IMG/VR virus record: IMGVR_UViG_3300032050_000059
DNA length: 64,000 bases
Reading direction: 5' to 3' (one strand)
Origin: a virus
Lineage: Duplodnaviria > Heunggongvirae > Uroviricota > Caudoviricetes
Each line of letters begins with the position of its first letter. The first letter of the stretch is position 1. Position numbers and translations under genes: made by a program. The notes under the pieces were generated by a model. The model saw nothing but the letters and a program-made list of their open reading frames with translations. It had not been told where the DNA came from and did not search any database. Shown here one piece after another: positions 1 to 9,468 of the stretch.

Positions 1-1636
1 TCACCCACTTACATTGTTTACCATCTACCCAGCGCTCTAGTCCTTCGGCTTGCTTACACACCATTTCACCCTTCAGCTTAATACGACGCACCCCAGGGAC
101 TCCACTAGCTTTACCAGCACTAATACGTTGCTTCTTTCTAGAATCAACAAATGTTTGCGGCACCTCTAGTGCATCTAAATCAATGAACGTACTCACCAAG
201 CTCTTGACAATCAATTGGAAATCTTGAATCAACTGACGCCATTGTGCCTTTGGATGGTTTCTAAGATTTAGGATGTTGTAATAATTGTCATAAGCCTGCA
301 CCATGCCCCCTGGTTTAGGACGAAGTTTGAAGGATTTCACCTTTCTAAACACATGCTCTTCTTCCCATTTACCTCCGTGTAAACTCTTGATATAGTCTTT
401 CTTAAGACCAGGAATACGCTCTCCCTCATAAACATACACCTTGTCAGCCATACGTTTTACAGATGTAATCTGATAATAATGCTTGGCATCACGCATTGCT
501 GACTTAGTCACTACAAACTTAGCCTCATACTCACCAAGGATGTATTCTTGTATCTTGGCAATACGAGAGGGCTCAATCAAACTTGTACCCTTGAACTTAG
601 GCTCAGCTATCTTAATTGTAGCAAACTTAGAAAGAGGATGTACATCCCAGGATGATGTGCCAAACTTAATCTCTCTACGGTCAGTGCTGAAATAGTTAAC
701 TATCTGTCTTACATCCTCTGTATCAGTGATGGTTTCATTGTACTTCTGGATGAAATAGTCAGCAGCTTCTTGTAGACGTTTAAGAATGACAACCTTAGCC
801 TCCTGTGTATATCTGATGGATTCTCTGTTAGGCGTAGGAAATATACCATCTGTCAGGCTGAATCTCAGCGCTACAGGAAGACCAATCCTCTCAATACCTA
901 GTTTGTTGAAGTCCATAGGATAATAAACATTATCCAAACAGATGTGCAGGTTGTTATCCTTGGCTAGTTCAGAGAACTGGAAATACTGGTGACGAACGAT
1001 TGTAAAATCATTATTAATGTCTTCCACATCAAAATACACGCTCTCAAAATAAGCTAGCTGTTCTCTAATCTTGTTCTTGAAGTCATACTTATCACGCCAG
1101 CTAACAGGAACAATCACCTTAACACCATTGGGCTGATCTGTAGGAGTTTCATAGAGAAGGTCAATAGTGTTGACATCTTCTCCCTCGTACATCATATACT
1201 TGCGTTCCATTCCATTCTTACGAGCAACGAAATAGAAGCTGGATGTATATGCTAGTGGGGCCTTAAAACCTAGACCCATCATGCCCAGCTCTGTAGAGCT
1301 ATTACGTTTGGTAGACTTACCATACTTGCTGATGATATTCTTTACGTCCTCAGCATCCAAACCAATACCAAAATCCTCCACGGAGAACTCAAATCCTCCA
1401 TCTTTTGTAGCTCTCAAGGCTACAACAATAGGCTTATCTACGCCTGCTCTTCTGTGACTATCCAGTGCATTTGATGCGCACTCACGGATAGTTGAACCTA
1501 TTGAGTCTGAATACAAATTCTTACTCAACATCTGCATCAACACCTGTGCAGAATCTAAGTCTAGGGACATCCCTATAGACTCGGTTGCCTCACCATCTTG
1601 GTGAATCATGGCTTCTTTCTGTTTCTCTAAAATCAT
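1..1636 (-). CDS. GHKL (Bergerat-fold) ATPase domain protein, 5' partial (start codon at 1636; the gene runs off the window start)
   Basis: Manual reverse translation from 1636 gives MILEKQKEAMIHQDGEATESIGMSLDLDSAQVLMQMLSKNLYSDSIGSTIRECASNALDSHRRAG... The N-box E-x-x-x-N-A-x-D (IRECASNALDS, Hsp90/MutL/topoII-like) is followed by glycine-rich G1/G2-like segments (DFGIGL, GLGFKA). ATG overlaps the stop of the upstream gene (ATGA). Confidence 0.45.
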   Translation of the reverse strand, partial: MILEKQKEAMIHQDGEATESIGMSLDLDSAQVLMQMLSKNLYSDSIGSTIRECASNALDSHRRAGVDKPIVVALRATKDGGFEFSVEDFGIGLDAEDVKNIISKYGKSTKRNSSTELGMMGLGFKAPLAYTSSFYFVARKNGMERKYMMYEGEDVNTIDLLYETPTDQPNGVKVIVPVSWRDKYDFKNKIREQLAYFESVYFDVEDINNDFTIVRHQYFQFSELAKDNNLHICLDNVYYPMDFNKLGIERIGLPVALRFSLTDGIFPTPNRESIRYTQEAKVVILKRLQEAADYFIQKYNETITDTEDVRQIVNYFSTDRREIKFGTSSWDVHPLSKFATIKIAEPKFKGTSLIEPSRIAKIQEYILGEYEAKFVVTKSAMRDAKHYYQITSVKRMADKVYVYEGERIPGLKKDYIKSLHGGKWEEEHVFRKVKSFKLRPKPGGMVQAYDNYYNILNLRNHPKAQWRQLIQDFQLIVKSLVSTFIDLDALEVPQTFVDSRKKQRISAGKASGVPGVRRIKLKGEMVCKQAEGLERWVDGKQCKWV

Positions 1637-2025
1637 TTTACTGGGAATTTAATACTGATTAATGCTTCTTTTGATTTTTTGTATCTGTCTAAGTCTTCTT
1701 GTTCTGTAAATATGCTCTCTGGATCTGCTATCTTAACAACACGAGACCCATTTAAATTTATACCACCTCCATAGATGTAGTCTTTGTAGAACAACTTAGA
1801 GCTAAATCCATGTTTTTTAAATCGTTCTCCAAGCCAGGTGTGGTTATCTAACTTACCAGCTTCCCAGTCTTTGAACTCCTTAAATCTATCTCCTGGAACA
1901 CCATAGTGATAGTATTGCACTGTGCCACTACCCTGTCCACAATACCACCCAAAGGATGTGTAATTGCTATTTGCCACCATAATAAAGTCTCCTATTTGGA
2001 GATCACCTCCATATCTTACTTTCAT
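1633..2025 (-). CDS. hypothetical protein (130 aa)
   Basis: ORF in an operon-like tight array with 4-nt overlaps to its neighbours. No recognisable motif. Confidence 0.5.
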   Translation of the reverse strand: MKVRYGGDLQIGDFIMVANSNYTSFGWYCGQGSGTVQYYHYGVPGDRFKEFKDWEAGKLDNHTWLGERFKKHGFSSKLFYKDYIYGGGINLNGSRVVKIADPESIFTEQEDLDRYKKSKEALISIKFPVK

Positions 2026-2369
2026 ATGTTATGCTTTTTGATTAACCAAATGTTTCTGTAATTGAGATCTACATACTTCTCAACAGTATAATTATCTGAA
2101 GCATTGTATTCTTTTCTAGTATATGTGCTTGTTCTACCATTGTATGTATGAGTGTAAGTTGTTTCTTTAATAGCCACCTTACACTTCACAGATTTGTAAA
2201 AGGTTTTGTTTGTTGGATTGTAAGTAGGTTGCACCTTCTTTGGTTCTACAGGTCTAATCACCTTAGCTCTGGCAATAGTTCCCTGTACAGAGTAGAGGAA
2301 CTCATCCCCCATCTGTAACTGTGTTACATCAATTTCCATAAATGTTTGTTTAGAAAGGTGGCTCTTCAT
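2022..2369 (-). CDS. hypothetical protein (115 aa)
   Basis: ORF overlapping both neighbours by a few nt. No recognisable motif. Confidence 0.45.
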   Translation of the reverse strand: MKSHLSKQTFMEIDVTQLQMGDEFLYSVQGTIARAKVIRPVEPKKVQPTYNPTNKTFYKSVKCKVAIKETTYTHTYNGRTSTYTRKEYNASDNYTVEKYVDLNYRNIWLIKKHNI

Positions 2370-3069
2370 AGAGCCAATAGATTGTGTAATTGTTGTTGTC
2401 TTTAATAATCTTGTTCACCTTGGTGAATACACCCTCTGTATCCCAATCAGTTTGCTTGTAAGAAGCACTGGCTGGATGACTGAGGACAAATGACCATGTG
2501 AACGGAGGAACGTAGCGCTCATATTTAGCAGCGTCCTTACCTAGAAATATAACAGGAACACCAGCTGTGTCTATTACATGCTCAAAGAAATACCTTGTGA
2601 AAGGTTCCCAAAGAGCAATGTGTGAGCCTGCCTTGTTGATTTCTGTGGTGAGCGCTGCGTTAAACATTAGCACGCCCTGGTGAGCTAAATAGCTAACATC
2701 TGGTGTCTTTTCATACTTAAGATTGAGCCCGTTATACAGGTCTCTCTCTATTCCACCATAGAATTGTTCTAGTGATGGCTGTAATGTCTTTGTAATAGAA
2801 CAACCCATAAGTAGGCCATCTGCTACATATACACCATTCTTAGCTGTGTGATAAGGACACATGCCCATCATCACCACCTTTAGATCATCCAGAGAAGTTT
2901 CTTTGAATGCTCTGAAGACATTAGAAGAAAGAGGGGCAATTTTCTTACCCCTCTTTGACTCCTTTTTGAGAAACTCATAGATCTTGTCGCATTCCTCACT
3001 CTCGATAAACGGTTGCATTTTTGTATGCCAGCTCTCATGAAACTGGTCTTTGAATTTCTCCCAAATCAT
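2350..3069 (-). CDS. ung: family-1 uracil-DNA glycosylase homolog with a non-canonical active-site motif (GMCPYH in place of GQDPYH)
   Basis: Colinear match to E. coli/human UNG motifs: KVVMMGMCPYH (cf. VVILGQDPYH), HQGVLMFNAALT (cf. QGVLLLNTVLT), ALWEPFT (cf. LGWETFT), GVPVIFLGKDA (cf. GVVFLLWGSHA), LSHPASAS (cf. HPSPLS). Confidence 0.75.
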   Translation of the reverse strand: MIWEKFKDQFHESWHTKMQPFIESEECDKIYEFLKKESKRGKKIAPLSSNVFRAFKETSLDDLKVVMMGMCPYHTAKNGVYVADGLLMGCSITKTLQPSLEQFYGGIERDLYNGLNLKYEKTPDVSYLAHQGVLMFNAALTTEINKAGSHIALWEPFTRYFFEHVIDTAGVPVIFLGKDAAKYERYVPPFTWSFVLSHPASASYKQTDWDTEGVFTKVNKIIKDNNNYTIYWLYEEPPF

Positions 3070-3851
3070 TAGAATTCCATTTCTAGTTGACGTAATACTG
3101 TTGGTTCAGCCACCTGAATCTCTGTAGGTGTCACCATAATCCCTGCAGCATTAACAAAGAAGCTATGCGCATTAATATGATTTCTCATCCAGAGGGAGGG
3201 ATGCACTTCCTTCATAGCATAAGTGGTGTGTTGATACAACTCCCACAAGCTACCTGGTGCACCATAATCAAAGGATGGATTATCAATCTGGCCTCTAATG
3301 ATGTTAAGCTGTGTGCTCTCAATAATGTTCTCCTCAATAATCATACGACCAACAAGCTCAGCTGTTGCACGCTTAGTGAGCTCTATATTCTTCATGGTCT
3401 CACGATCAGCCTGAATCCTTGTAAATGCTTCACCTGCTTGCTTGATGTATTCTGTGATAGCATTAGGTGTGAATGTTTGGATTTCTCCCTGATGCTTCTT
3501 TCTGAAGGCACCATAGTCACCTGATACACAACCATTTGAACAAATGAAGATGTGTGTACCAATAGCAAACTTCAAGCTCATAGACTTGTCATAGCTATTC
3601 TGCCAGCCAATTTGTAGCTGCATCTCATTATCTGCTACATTCTTGATGGTATATCTGCCATTAGCAACATTACCATCTCTGGCTGCAGAATACGATTCTG
3701 ATTCTAGTTCAAACCCTGCACCATGTATGCTCTCTAGTGTCAGGTCAATAAGCTGTTGATGTGTAACAGGCTTATAAGTTTTAGTTTCTTGTGGGATTTC
3801 TGCTCTCAACAGAATATCCTTTGCTGTAACGTAGGATTTCTTACTTTCCAT
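3069..3851 (-). CDS. hypothetical protein (260 aa), possibly a phage DUF932-like protein (weak)
   Basis: ORF with start/stop overlap to the UDG gene. No catalytic motif recognised. Confidence 0.4.
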   Translation of the reverse strand: MESKKSYVTAKDILLRAEIPQETKTYKPVTHQQLIDLTLESIHGAGFELESESYSAARDGNVANGRYTIKNVADNEMQLQIGWQNSYDKSMSLKFAIGTHIFICSNGCVSGDYGAFRKKHQGEIQTFTPNAITEYIKQAGEAFTRIQADRETMKNIELTKRATAELVGRMIIEENIIESTQLNIIRGQIDNPSFDYGAPGSLWELYQHTTYAMKEVHPSLWMRNHINAHSFFVNAAGIMVTPTEIQVAEPTVLRQLEMEF

Positions 3852-4855
3852 TATAATAGTTGTTTGTGTTTTAAATATGACTCAATTGCACCTAGTCCAT
3901 GTTCTTTGGCTAGATCAGCCCAATCTTTGATTCCTTCTGTCAGATAGTTACGTGGGACGTTAGCATACTCAAAATCAAACAGCTTGGTTATCATTTGACT
4001 ATTCTTTACACCCACCTCATCTGCATCAAAGGACAGGATTTGCCTGTCAGAGTTGGCCTTTAGATATTCTACATTCTCATCAGAAAAGCATGCTACACCC
4101 TCATTCTGGACAGCACAACAGCATGGAAATATCTTCTTCATCACCATATAATCCTTCTTGGACTTGTTGATGAATGCCACGCTGCAATTCTTTATATCCT
4201 CCTTACCATCCATGGTTGTAATAGGTACATTATTGGGCACCCATTTGCTTTTCTTGTCTCCAAAAGGACGATACACCTTCCAATGGCCATCATAGAGATA
4301 GCCAAATCTAAGTTCTGTATCCTTAATAGGAAACTTCTTTCTGTTGAGATAGAGCTGTTTGATAGAATAAACGTTGTTAGCTCTGAGATCGTCGAGACTT
4401 TGATAATACTGGTTCCAATAGGCTAGTTCCTCTTGTGTGAACTTCCTTGTAACCACCTGAATCAGGGAATAGCGCTTGCCCAGGTCCTCTGGTTGCTTAT
4501 ATTCCTTCTGAATAGCCTTGTATTTCTCTGTTGAGTTGCCTGGTAGAAATCCCAGTCCAAAGTCCTTATCAATCATTCTGAGCACATCGTCTATAGAGCT
4601 GAGATTGAACAGCATTTTGACAAATGTGAAGCAATCTCCACGCTTACTGGTATCACCAAAGTCTATAAAGGATAGAAACCCTCTCTTGTTCCCTATTACA
4701 AACGAGGGATTGTTCTCATTTCTGAAGGGAGATAGTGTTGCTTGGTTGATTTTCCAGTTCTTATCTGGCATGTAGAACCTGAATATATCATACTCTGATA
4801 TCTTGTTGAGCACAGCTTGAGGTGTGAGCCTCACCTTGATGTCACCTTGGATCAT
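3851..4855 (-). CDS. TOPRIM-domain protein, putative DnaG-type primase
   Basis: C-terminal segment QILSFDADEVGVKNSQMITKLF matches the TOPRIM DxD motif (cf. DnaG IILCFDGDRAGR). It sits in the replication gene cluster. The zinc-finger region is not evident. Confidence 0.4.
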   Translation of the reverse strand: MIQGDIKVRLTPQAVLNKISEYDIFRFYMPDKNWKINQATLSPFRNENNPSFVIGNKRGFLSFIDFGDTSKRGDCFTFVKMLFNLSSIDDVLRMIDKDFGLGFLPGNSTEKYKAIQKEYKQPEDLGKRYSLIQVVTRKFTQEELAYWNQYYQSLDDLRANNVYSIKQLYLNRKKFPIKDTELRFGYLYDGHWKVYRPFGDKKSKWVPNNVPITTMDGKEDIKNCSVAFINKSKKDYMVMKKIFPCCCAVQNEGVACFSDENVEYLKANSDRQILSFDADEVGVKNSQMITKLFDFEYANVPRNYLTEGIKDWADLAKEHGLGAIESYLKHKQLL

Positions 4856-5235
4856 TTGTAATCAATATACTGTTTTACTTCTTGAATATCTGAATCTGTT
4901 AGGATGTTTATCTTGCTCTTTAGACTGAAGCGCTCATCATTGAGATGATAGACACTCCTAGCCAATGAGATAAACTCTCCTTCAAAAATACCGTCTTTTT
5001 CAAGTTGTCTCAATCTATCCTCTACATTCCATAGTTGTGAATTCACTCCTATCAGATCCTCGTATAGGACAGAAATAGAATCATTTACAAGAAACGGATT
5101 GGCATTTCTAAACAGTCCTGAAAGTTCTTTTTCAACCTTTGCAAGCTTACTGGCATCTGTAATCTTGCTTTTCTTTATTTGCAGGATGCTGATCTTATCT
5201 ATCAGCTCACCCACACTCACTGGAATTGTTACCAT
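4852..5235 (-). CDS. hypothetical protein (127 aa), coiled-coil
   Basis: ORF with start/stop overlap to the neighbour. Confidence 0.4.
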   Translation of the reverse strand: MVTIPVSVGELIDKISILQIKKSKITDASKLAKVEKELSGLFRNANPFLVNDSISVLYEDLIGVNSQLWNVEDRLRQLEKDGIFEGEFISLARSVYHLNDERFSLKSKINILTDSDIQEVKQYIDYK

Positions 5236-5293
5236 AATAAAAATAAAGCCCCCACCATTTTACTGATGAGGGCTATTTGGAGGTTAAGGGAAT

Positions 5294-6157
5294 TTAATAA
5301 TCATCACCATCATCAGAAAGTACAGCATCTGACGCCACGAGGTTATCATCTGCATTATACTCCTTCAGATCACGGAGAATATAGAAGTCTCTACATCCAT
5401 ATTCACCTGTAACATTGAGCACGAAGCGCTCATGTGGTTTAAGGTCTTTTAGCTTCTTAGCACGAAGACCACTTTGAACTGTACCATCATTATAGTTGAT
5501 GAGACGGAAGTTCTTCAGAGCATAAGCTGGCAAGAATGCCTTGTTGTATATACCCTGATATTCTTTGTTCTCACCATCTTTCTCTTTCATGATGATTGTA
5601 GCAAGAGCACCAATGTTTGTGCAATAAGCACCATCCACTTGTGCTTTCAGCTCGCTAACATTACCTTTCATTAGCTTCTTCCAGTCAGCTTGTAGAACAG
5701 CGTTCTCTTTCATGAAGTCAAGCTTACCCAACCAGGTGCGCAAGAATTCATAAAGTTCTTCTTCTCCTACATATGCAACACGGTAGTCACGCTTTGTGAA
5801 CCAGTCAGCTAAATCATTAGCATCTGCAGCCCAAGCACATCTACCAACATTATTGATATATTGTTTCTTAGAACCGTCTTTGTTTTCACGCTCTTTGTCC
5901 TCTAGGAAGAATGAAGCCTTGAACTTATCTCCGCTCTTGACATCCTTCAACCAGACATCAACACGCAGATAGGTGTTCTTATCCCTGCTCTGTCCTAAAT
6001 ACTCTGTAGCTTTACTGTTCTCAGGAAGTTCAATTCCTAATACTTCTTTGTACTCTTCTGCTGTAGGATTGATGGCTATTACCTCAGCCTCAAACAAACC
6101 TACCTTCTTTGCGAATTCTTGTACTTGTTTCTGTTCTCTTTGATCACCTTGAATCAT
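5294..6157 (-). CDS. putative single-stranded DNA-binding protein
   Basis: 287 aa with an acidic C-terminal tail LSDDGDDY typical of SSB C-termini. It sits between the primase-like and ATPase/helicase genes. Confidence 0.4.
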   Translation of the reverse strand: MIQGDQREQKQVQEFAKKVGLFEAEVIAINPTAEEYKEVLGIELPENSKATEYLGQSRDKNTYLRVDVWLKDVKSGDKFKASFFLEDKERENKDGSKKQYINNVGRCAWAADANDLADWFTKRDYRVAYVGEEELYEFLRTWLGKLDFMKENAVLQADWKKLMKGNVSELKAQVDGAYCTNIGALATIIMKEKDGENKEYQGIYNKAFLPAYALKNFRLINYNDGTVQSGLRAKKLKDLKPHERFVLNVTGEYGCRDFYILRDLKEYNADDNLVASDAVLSDDGDDY

Positions 6158-6192
6158 TGCTTTGAATTTTAAATGTTAATTAATGTGTGCTT

Positions 6193-6864
6193 TTATTTAT
6201 AATACTCGTCTATTGTTTCTGATACTAGCTTCAGATTGTTTGGCACCTTCACATCAGTGAACATACCATCTGGGCTCTTAGCAGGATATTTTCTAAACCT
6301 GTTGGTTAGGAAATAATAATTGGATGTACCGTCTTTGCTCTCCTCAACAAATGTGTATAGACACACTGTCAACAGACCTTCTAAGACAATCTGATTGTCA
6401 ATCATCTTACCAGCTGTCTTAATCTTGTATCCTATAATCTCACCACCATCTTCAATAGTTTCAGGATGTGTGAAATAGAACACTTTAAGATCGTCACGAA
6501 GAGCACGGGCTGTTCTAAAAAGATCAACCATGTCTCTAGCCATCAGTGTAAACTTGGTGAAACCAGTTTCTGTGGCTTTTGCCATCATGTTAAAACCCAT
6601 GATGTAGTTGCTGTCCTCAATAATAATATTCTTGATGTGAGGAGCATCGTTGGATAGCTTGCGCAATCTCTGTGAAATCAGGTTTGCGTCATCTATCTCA
6701 TCATAATTTCTGTTCTCTCTGTTGTACAATTTCTCTGCGCCTTTGAATGGTAATTCTTTCTTTGCTACGTTGATGATGTACGTTTCTTTCGGGTCCAGAT
6801 GTTTGATTGAAGTGGACTTGCCTGTACCAGTTGGGCCCACAATTCCGATTAATTTACTTGCCAT
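6193..6864 (-). CDS. P-loop ATPase (Sak4/AAA_24-like RecA-fold phage ATPase)
   Basis: N-terminal Walker A IGIVGPTGTGKST. Size of about 220 aa is typical of phage AAA_24 ATPases next to helicase genes. Confidence 0.5.
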   Translation of the reverse strand: MASKLIGIVGPTGTGKSTSIKHLDPKETYIINVAKKELPFKGAEKLYNRENRNYDEIDDANLISQRLRKLSNDAPHIKNIIIEDSNYIMGFNMMAKATETGFTKFTLMARDMVDLFRTARALRDDLKVFYFTHPETIEDGGEIIGYKIKTAGKMIDNQIVLEGLLTVCLYTFVEESKDGTSNYYFLTNRFRKYPAKSPDGMFTDVKVPNNLKLVSETIDEYYK

Positions 6865-6922
6865 GTGCTTTGATTTAAAATATGTAGTTTAATGAGCTAT
6901 AAAGATACAAAATCCCTATGAA

Positions 6923-7999
6923 TTAAACAAATTTTATCTTGTTTTTATCAAAGAATTCTAGGGCTTTTTTCAGCCATTTTCTCTCTACATCCTCGTTTGT
7001 ACAAATGATGTATATCTTGGCCTTCTTATCTGGATTATCATACTCCATAGCCATACATCTGTTAATCTTCTGAGCCAGGTTTTCTGCATTACTATCGAAA
7101 TAGTTGATAATCACCTTGTTTAAGGGTTTATACGTAACTCCTGTGTTACCTATCTTTACAACAGCCATGTGATTACCCTCACCTGCAGCAAACTTCTCAA
7201 ACATATCCTTCTCACCCTTCTTTGAGTGATAGGAAGGAATGCCTAATGCATCAGCTATTTTAGTGACACCACAGAACACTAGAATGCGTTCATCCTTGAA
7301 GTTCTGTAATATTCTCCTGGTGCACTCACGCTTGGCTAAACTGTTCTGGATTATTCTCATCCTTGCGAGCCTAAGAAACATTGTGTTTTTACCCTCACGC
7401 TCAGATTGATTTATACCCCACGTGTATGCATCAAATTGTTTTTTCTCTGTTCTCATCTTACCCTTGTAGTCTTGCTTCACTCTGTCATCCAAAGGAACTA
7501 GCTTTACAACTATCTCATAATCAACAATTACGCCTTCCTGGATAGCTTGCTCAATAGTGTACGTAGCAATGACACACAAATCTAGGTGATCACAGAGTGT
7601 GTCCTCTGTCCATCTGGATAAGGTGCCTGTTAGTCCTAATACAACATCATTATGCTTGAGCAGGTCCTTGGTTGCAAATAGCTGATTATCAGAGAGTAAG
7701 TGAATCTCATCTATAATCACCATATCATACTTGTTATCCTTGTACTTATGGAGAGATAGATGGGTGGTATATGTGACACCACTGTCATCATATCCACGTT
7801 TCTCAAAGTCTGCTTGCCAGGCAGCTTTAATCTTTGTGTCTGGATAGGCAATAAGAATGTTCGATGGTTTGGTCTTCTCAAGGATGTTGATGGTAGTGTA
7901 AATCTTGCCAAATCTTGGGCATAGATTCAATATACCAAACTTCCCTGCTTTAATCCACACATCAGCAAACTCAGCTTGCCTTTGGTCTCTTAGTGTCAT
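6923..7999 (-). CDS. SF2 DEAD/DEAH-box helicase
   Basis: Motif II DMVIIDEIHLL (DEIH), motif III LGLTGT, and an N-terminal GKIYTT P-loop-like segment. Confidence 0.65.
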   Translation of the reverse strand: MTLRDQRQAEFADVWIKAGKFGILNLCPRFGKIYTTINILEKTKPSNILIAYPDTKIKAAWQADFEKRGYDDSGVTYTTHLSLHKYKDNKYDMVIIDEIHLLSDNQLFATKDLLKHNDVVLGLTGTLSRWTEDTLCDHLDLCVIATYTIEQAIQEGVIVDYEIVVKLVPLDDRVKQDYKGKMRTEKKQFDAYTWGINQSEREGKNTMFLRLARMRIIQNSLAKRECTRRILQNFKDERILVFCGVTKIADALGIPSYHSKKGEKDMFEKFAAGEGNHMAVVKIGNTGVTYKPLNKVIINYFDSNAENLAQKINRCMAMEYDNPDKKAKIYIICTNEDVERKWLKKALEFFDKNKIKFV

Positions 8000-8241
8000 A
8001 GTATTTTTATAAATTGTCCATTCCTGTCAAGCAGTTGCACCACACCAAACTTAGCATCATACTCCTCGATAATACTATCAAGTATATCACGAGGATTACG
8101 CCACATAGGTAGATAGGTGAGAAGCTCCTGACCAGATAGCATTCTACCATGCTTAGAGCTGTCATAGTTCTCCCTATACTTTTCATATATTAGTATAGTA
8201 GGATTGGTCCTCCTTATTATCAGGTAGTCTTCTCTTGTCAT
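7996..8241 (-). CDS. hypothetical small protein (81 aa)
   Basis: ATG overlaps the helicase stop (ATGA). It partially overlaps the alternative ORF 8183..8404 in another frame. Confidence 0.3.
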   Translation of the reverse strand: MTREDYLIIRRTNPTILIYEKYRENYDSSKHGRMLSGQELLTYLPMWRNPRDILDSIIEEYDAKFGVVQLLDRNGQFIKIL

Positions 8242-8406
8242 TAAAAAAGATTGACACGCTCCAGAAAAGCCATTCTAGATTCACCACTGTGTACTTGTCA
8301 GCAGCATCAGGACTTCTTAGGATTGTAATGGTTGGTAATAGAATAATCTGCCAATAGGATTCTTCCTTACAGGGAACTGTAGAGAAGGTTTTGATACTCA
8401 TCATAG

Positions 8407-9468
8407 TTATTTGTTTAAGAAATAGGTTTTGTTTGTCACTGCCTCATAATCAGAATCTGTAATAGCAGATTTCTTAGGCAACTCTTTGAACATACCAATC
8501 TGGCCCATAAAGCCTAGACCAATACGAACATCATCTTCACCATAGGAATTCTTTATCAGCCTAAGGTTTCTAAAATACTTAGCACCATACTGATCCTTCA
8601 GCTTATTCAGGTCATAACCACTAGGGTCAGCCACCTTATAACGCATAGGATCAAACAGCGCTAACACAACATCAGCATCATTCTGAGTCTGTGAACTCTC
8701 AGCAAAATCTTCTAGCTGAGGCTCAACATCACCATTCTTTATCCTGATGGGATTGCTAATATCACGATTGAACTGACTCACAACCACTGGCGTATATCCA
8801 TAGAAGTCACGAGCATATCTAAGCTCATCTGACATCTTATCAATAGCCTGCTTCTTGGTAGTCTGGTCCTTGGTTGTCTTCAATAGACCAATATGATCTA
8901 TGATGACAATAGTGATTTCATTCTCATGATTGGGGAAATAGCGCTTATTGAACTCATCCACCTGTTCAATCTTGCCATGCTGCAGAGCGTGAGCTTTAAG
9001 CTCCTTAGCAATACCTACAGCGTTCTCTGGACCATCGATGATTGTGATGACATCATCCATCCTCTGGATGTAATCTTCATACATCAAGAACAAATCATGC
9101 TCATCCTTGGACATCTTATCATTCCAGCCCAATAGCTTGCTTACGGGGATGATAATCCCTTGGTCAATGAATATCTTCCTACTCACCCATTTAGCTAGCT
9201 TATATGTTCTAGAGCGCTCCATAGAGCGATATATGATGCGTAGCTTAACGCCTGGATCTGGTTGACTGATATACCAATCAAATGGATTCAGGACAAACGC
9301 ATCATCAATAAAACTTGTCTTACCAGAGCCTGTTAAACCACCTACAAGGAAGTATATGCTCTTACGGATGCCAATATACCTATTGAGCCTATTAAAGCCC
9401 ATGGGTATACCGTTATTCCTCCCTTCTAGGCCAAGCTCTACTTCTTTCTTAAGTAGTTCAAAACTCAT
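8407..9468 (-). CDS. DnaB-like replicative helicase (RecA-fold C-terminal domain)
   Basis: Walker A GGLTGSGKTSF, Walker B-like VIIDHIGLL, and the H4 motif VVVSQFNRD (Q..R) typical of DnaB/T7 gp4 helicases. Confidence 0.65.
   Translation of the reverse strand: MSFELLKKEVELGLEGRNNGIPMGFNRLNRYIGIRKSIYFLVGGLTGSGKTSFIDDAFVLNPFDWYISQPDPGVKLRIIYRSMERSRTYKLAKWVSRKIFIDQGIIIPVSKLLGWNDKMSKDEHDLFLMYEDYIQRMDDVITIIDGPENAVGIAKELKAHALQHGKIEQVDEFNKRYFPNHENEITIVIIDHIGLLKTTKDQTTKKQAIDKMSDELRYARDFYGYTPVVVSQFNRDISNPIRIKNGDVEPQLEDFAESSQTQNDADVVLALFDPMRYKVADPSGYDLNKLKDQYGAKYFRNLRLIKNSYGEDDVRIGLGFMGQIGMFKELPKKSAITDSDYEAVTNKTYFLNK

Noticed and set aside
3165-3524. 119-aa plus-strand ORF inside gene 3069..3851, and similar embedded ORFs (4518..4775, 6466..6657, 8893..9135, 9660..9945, 10428..10789, 13119..13373)
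   Set aside because: They are fully nested antisense within longer ORFs that have recognisable motifs, and they have no independent support.
7996-8404. Two mutually overlapping small ORFs (7996..8241 and 8183..8404) between the two helicase genes
   Set aside because: They overlap by 59 nt in different frames. Only one arrangement, or a shortened pair, is likely real, and this cannot be decided from sequence alone. The upstream-coupled 7996..8241 was kept, and 8183..8404 was left as an alternative.
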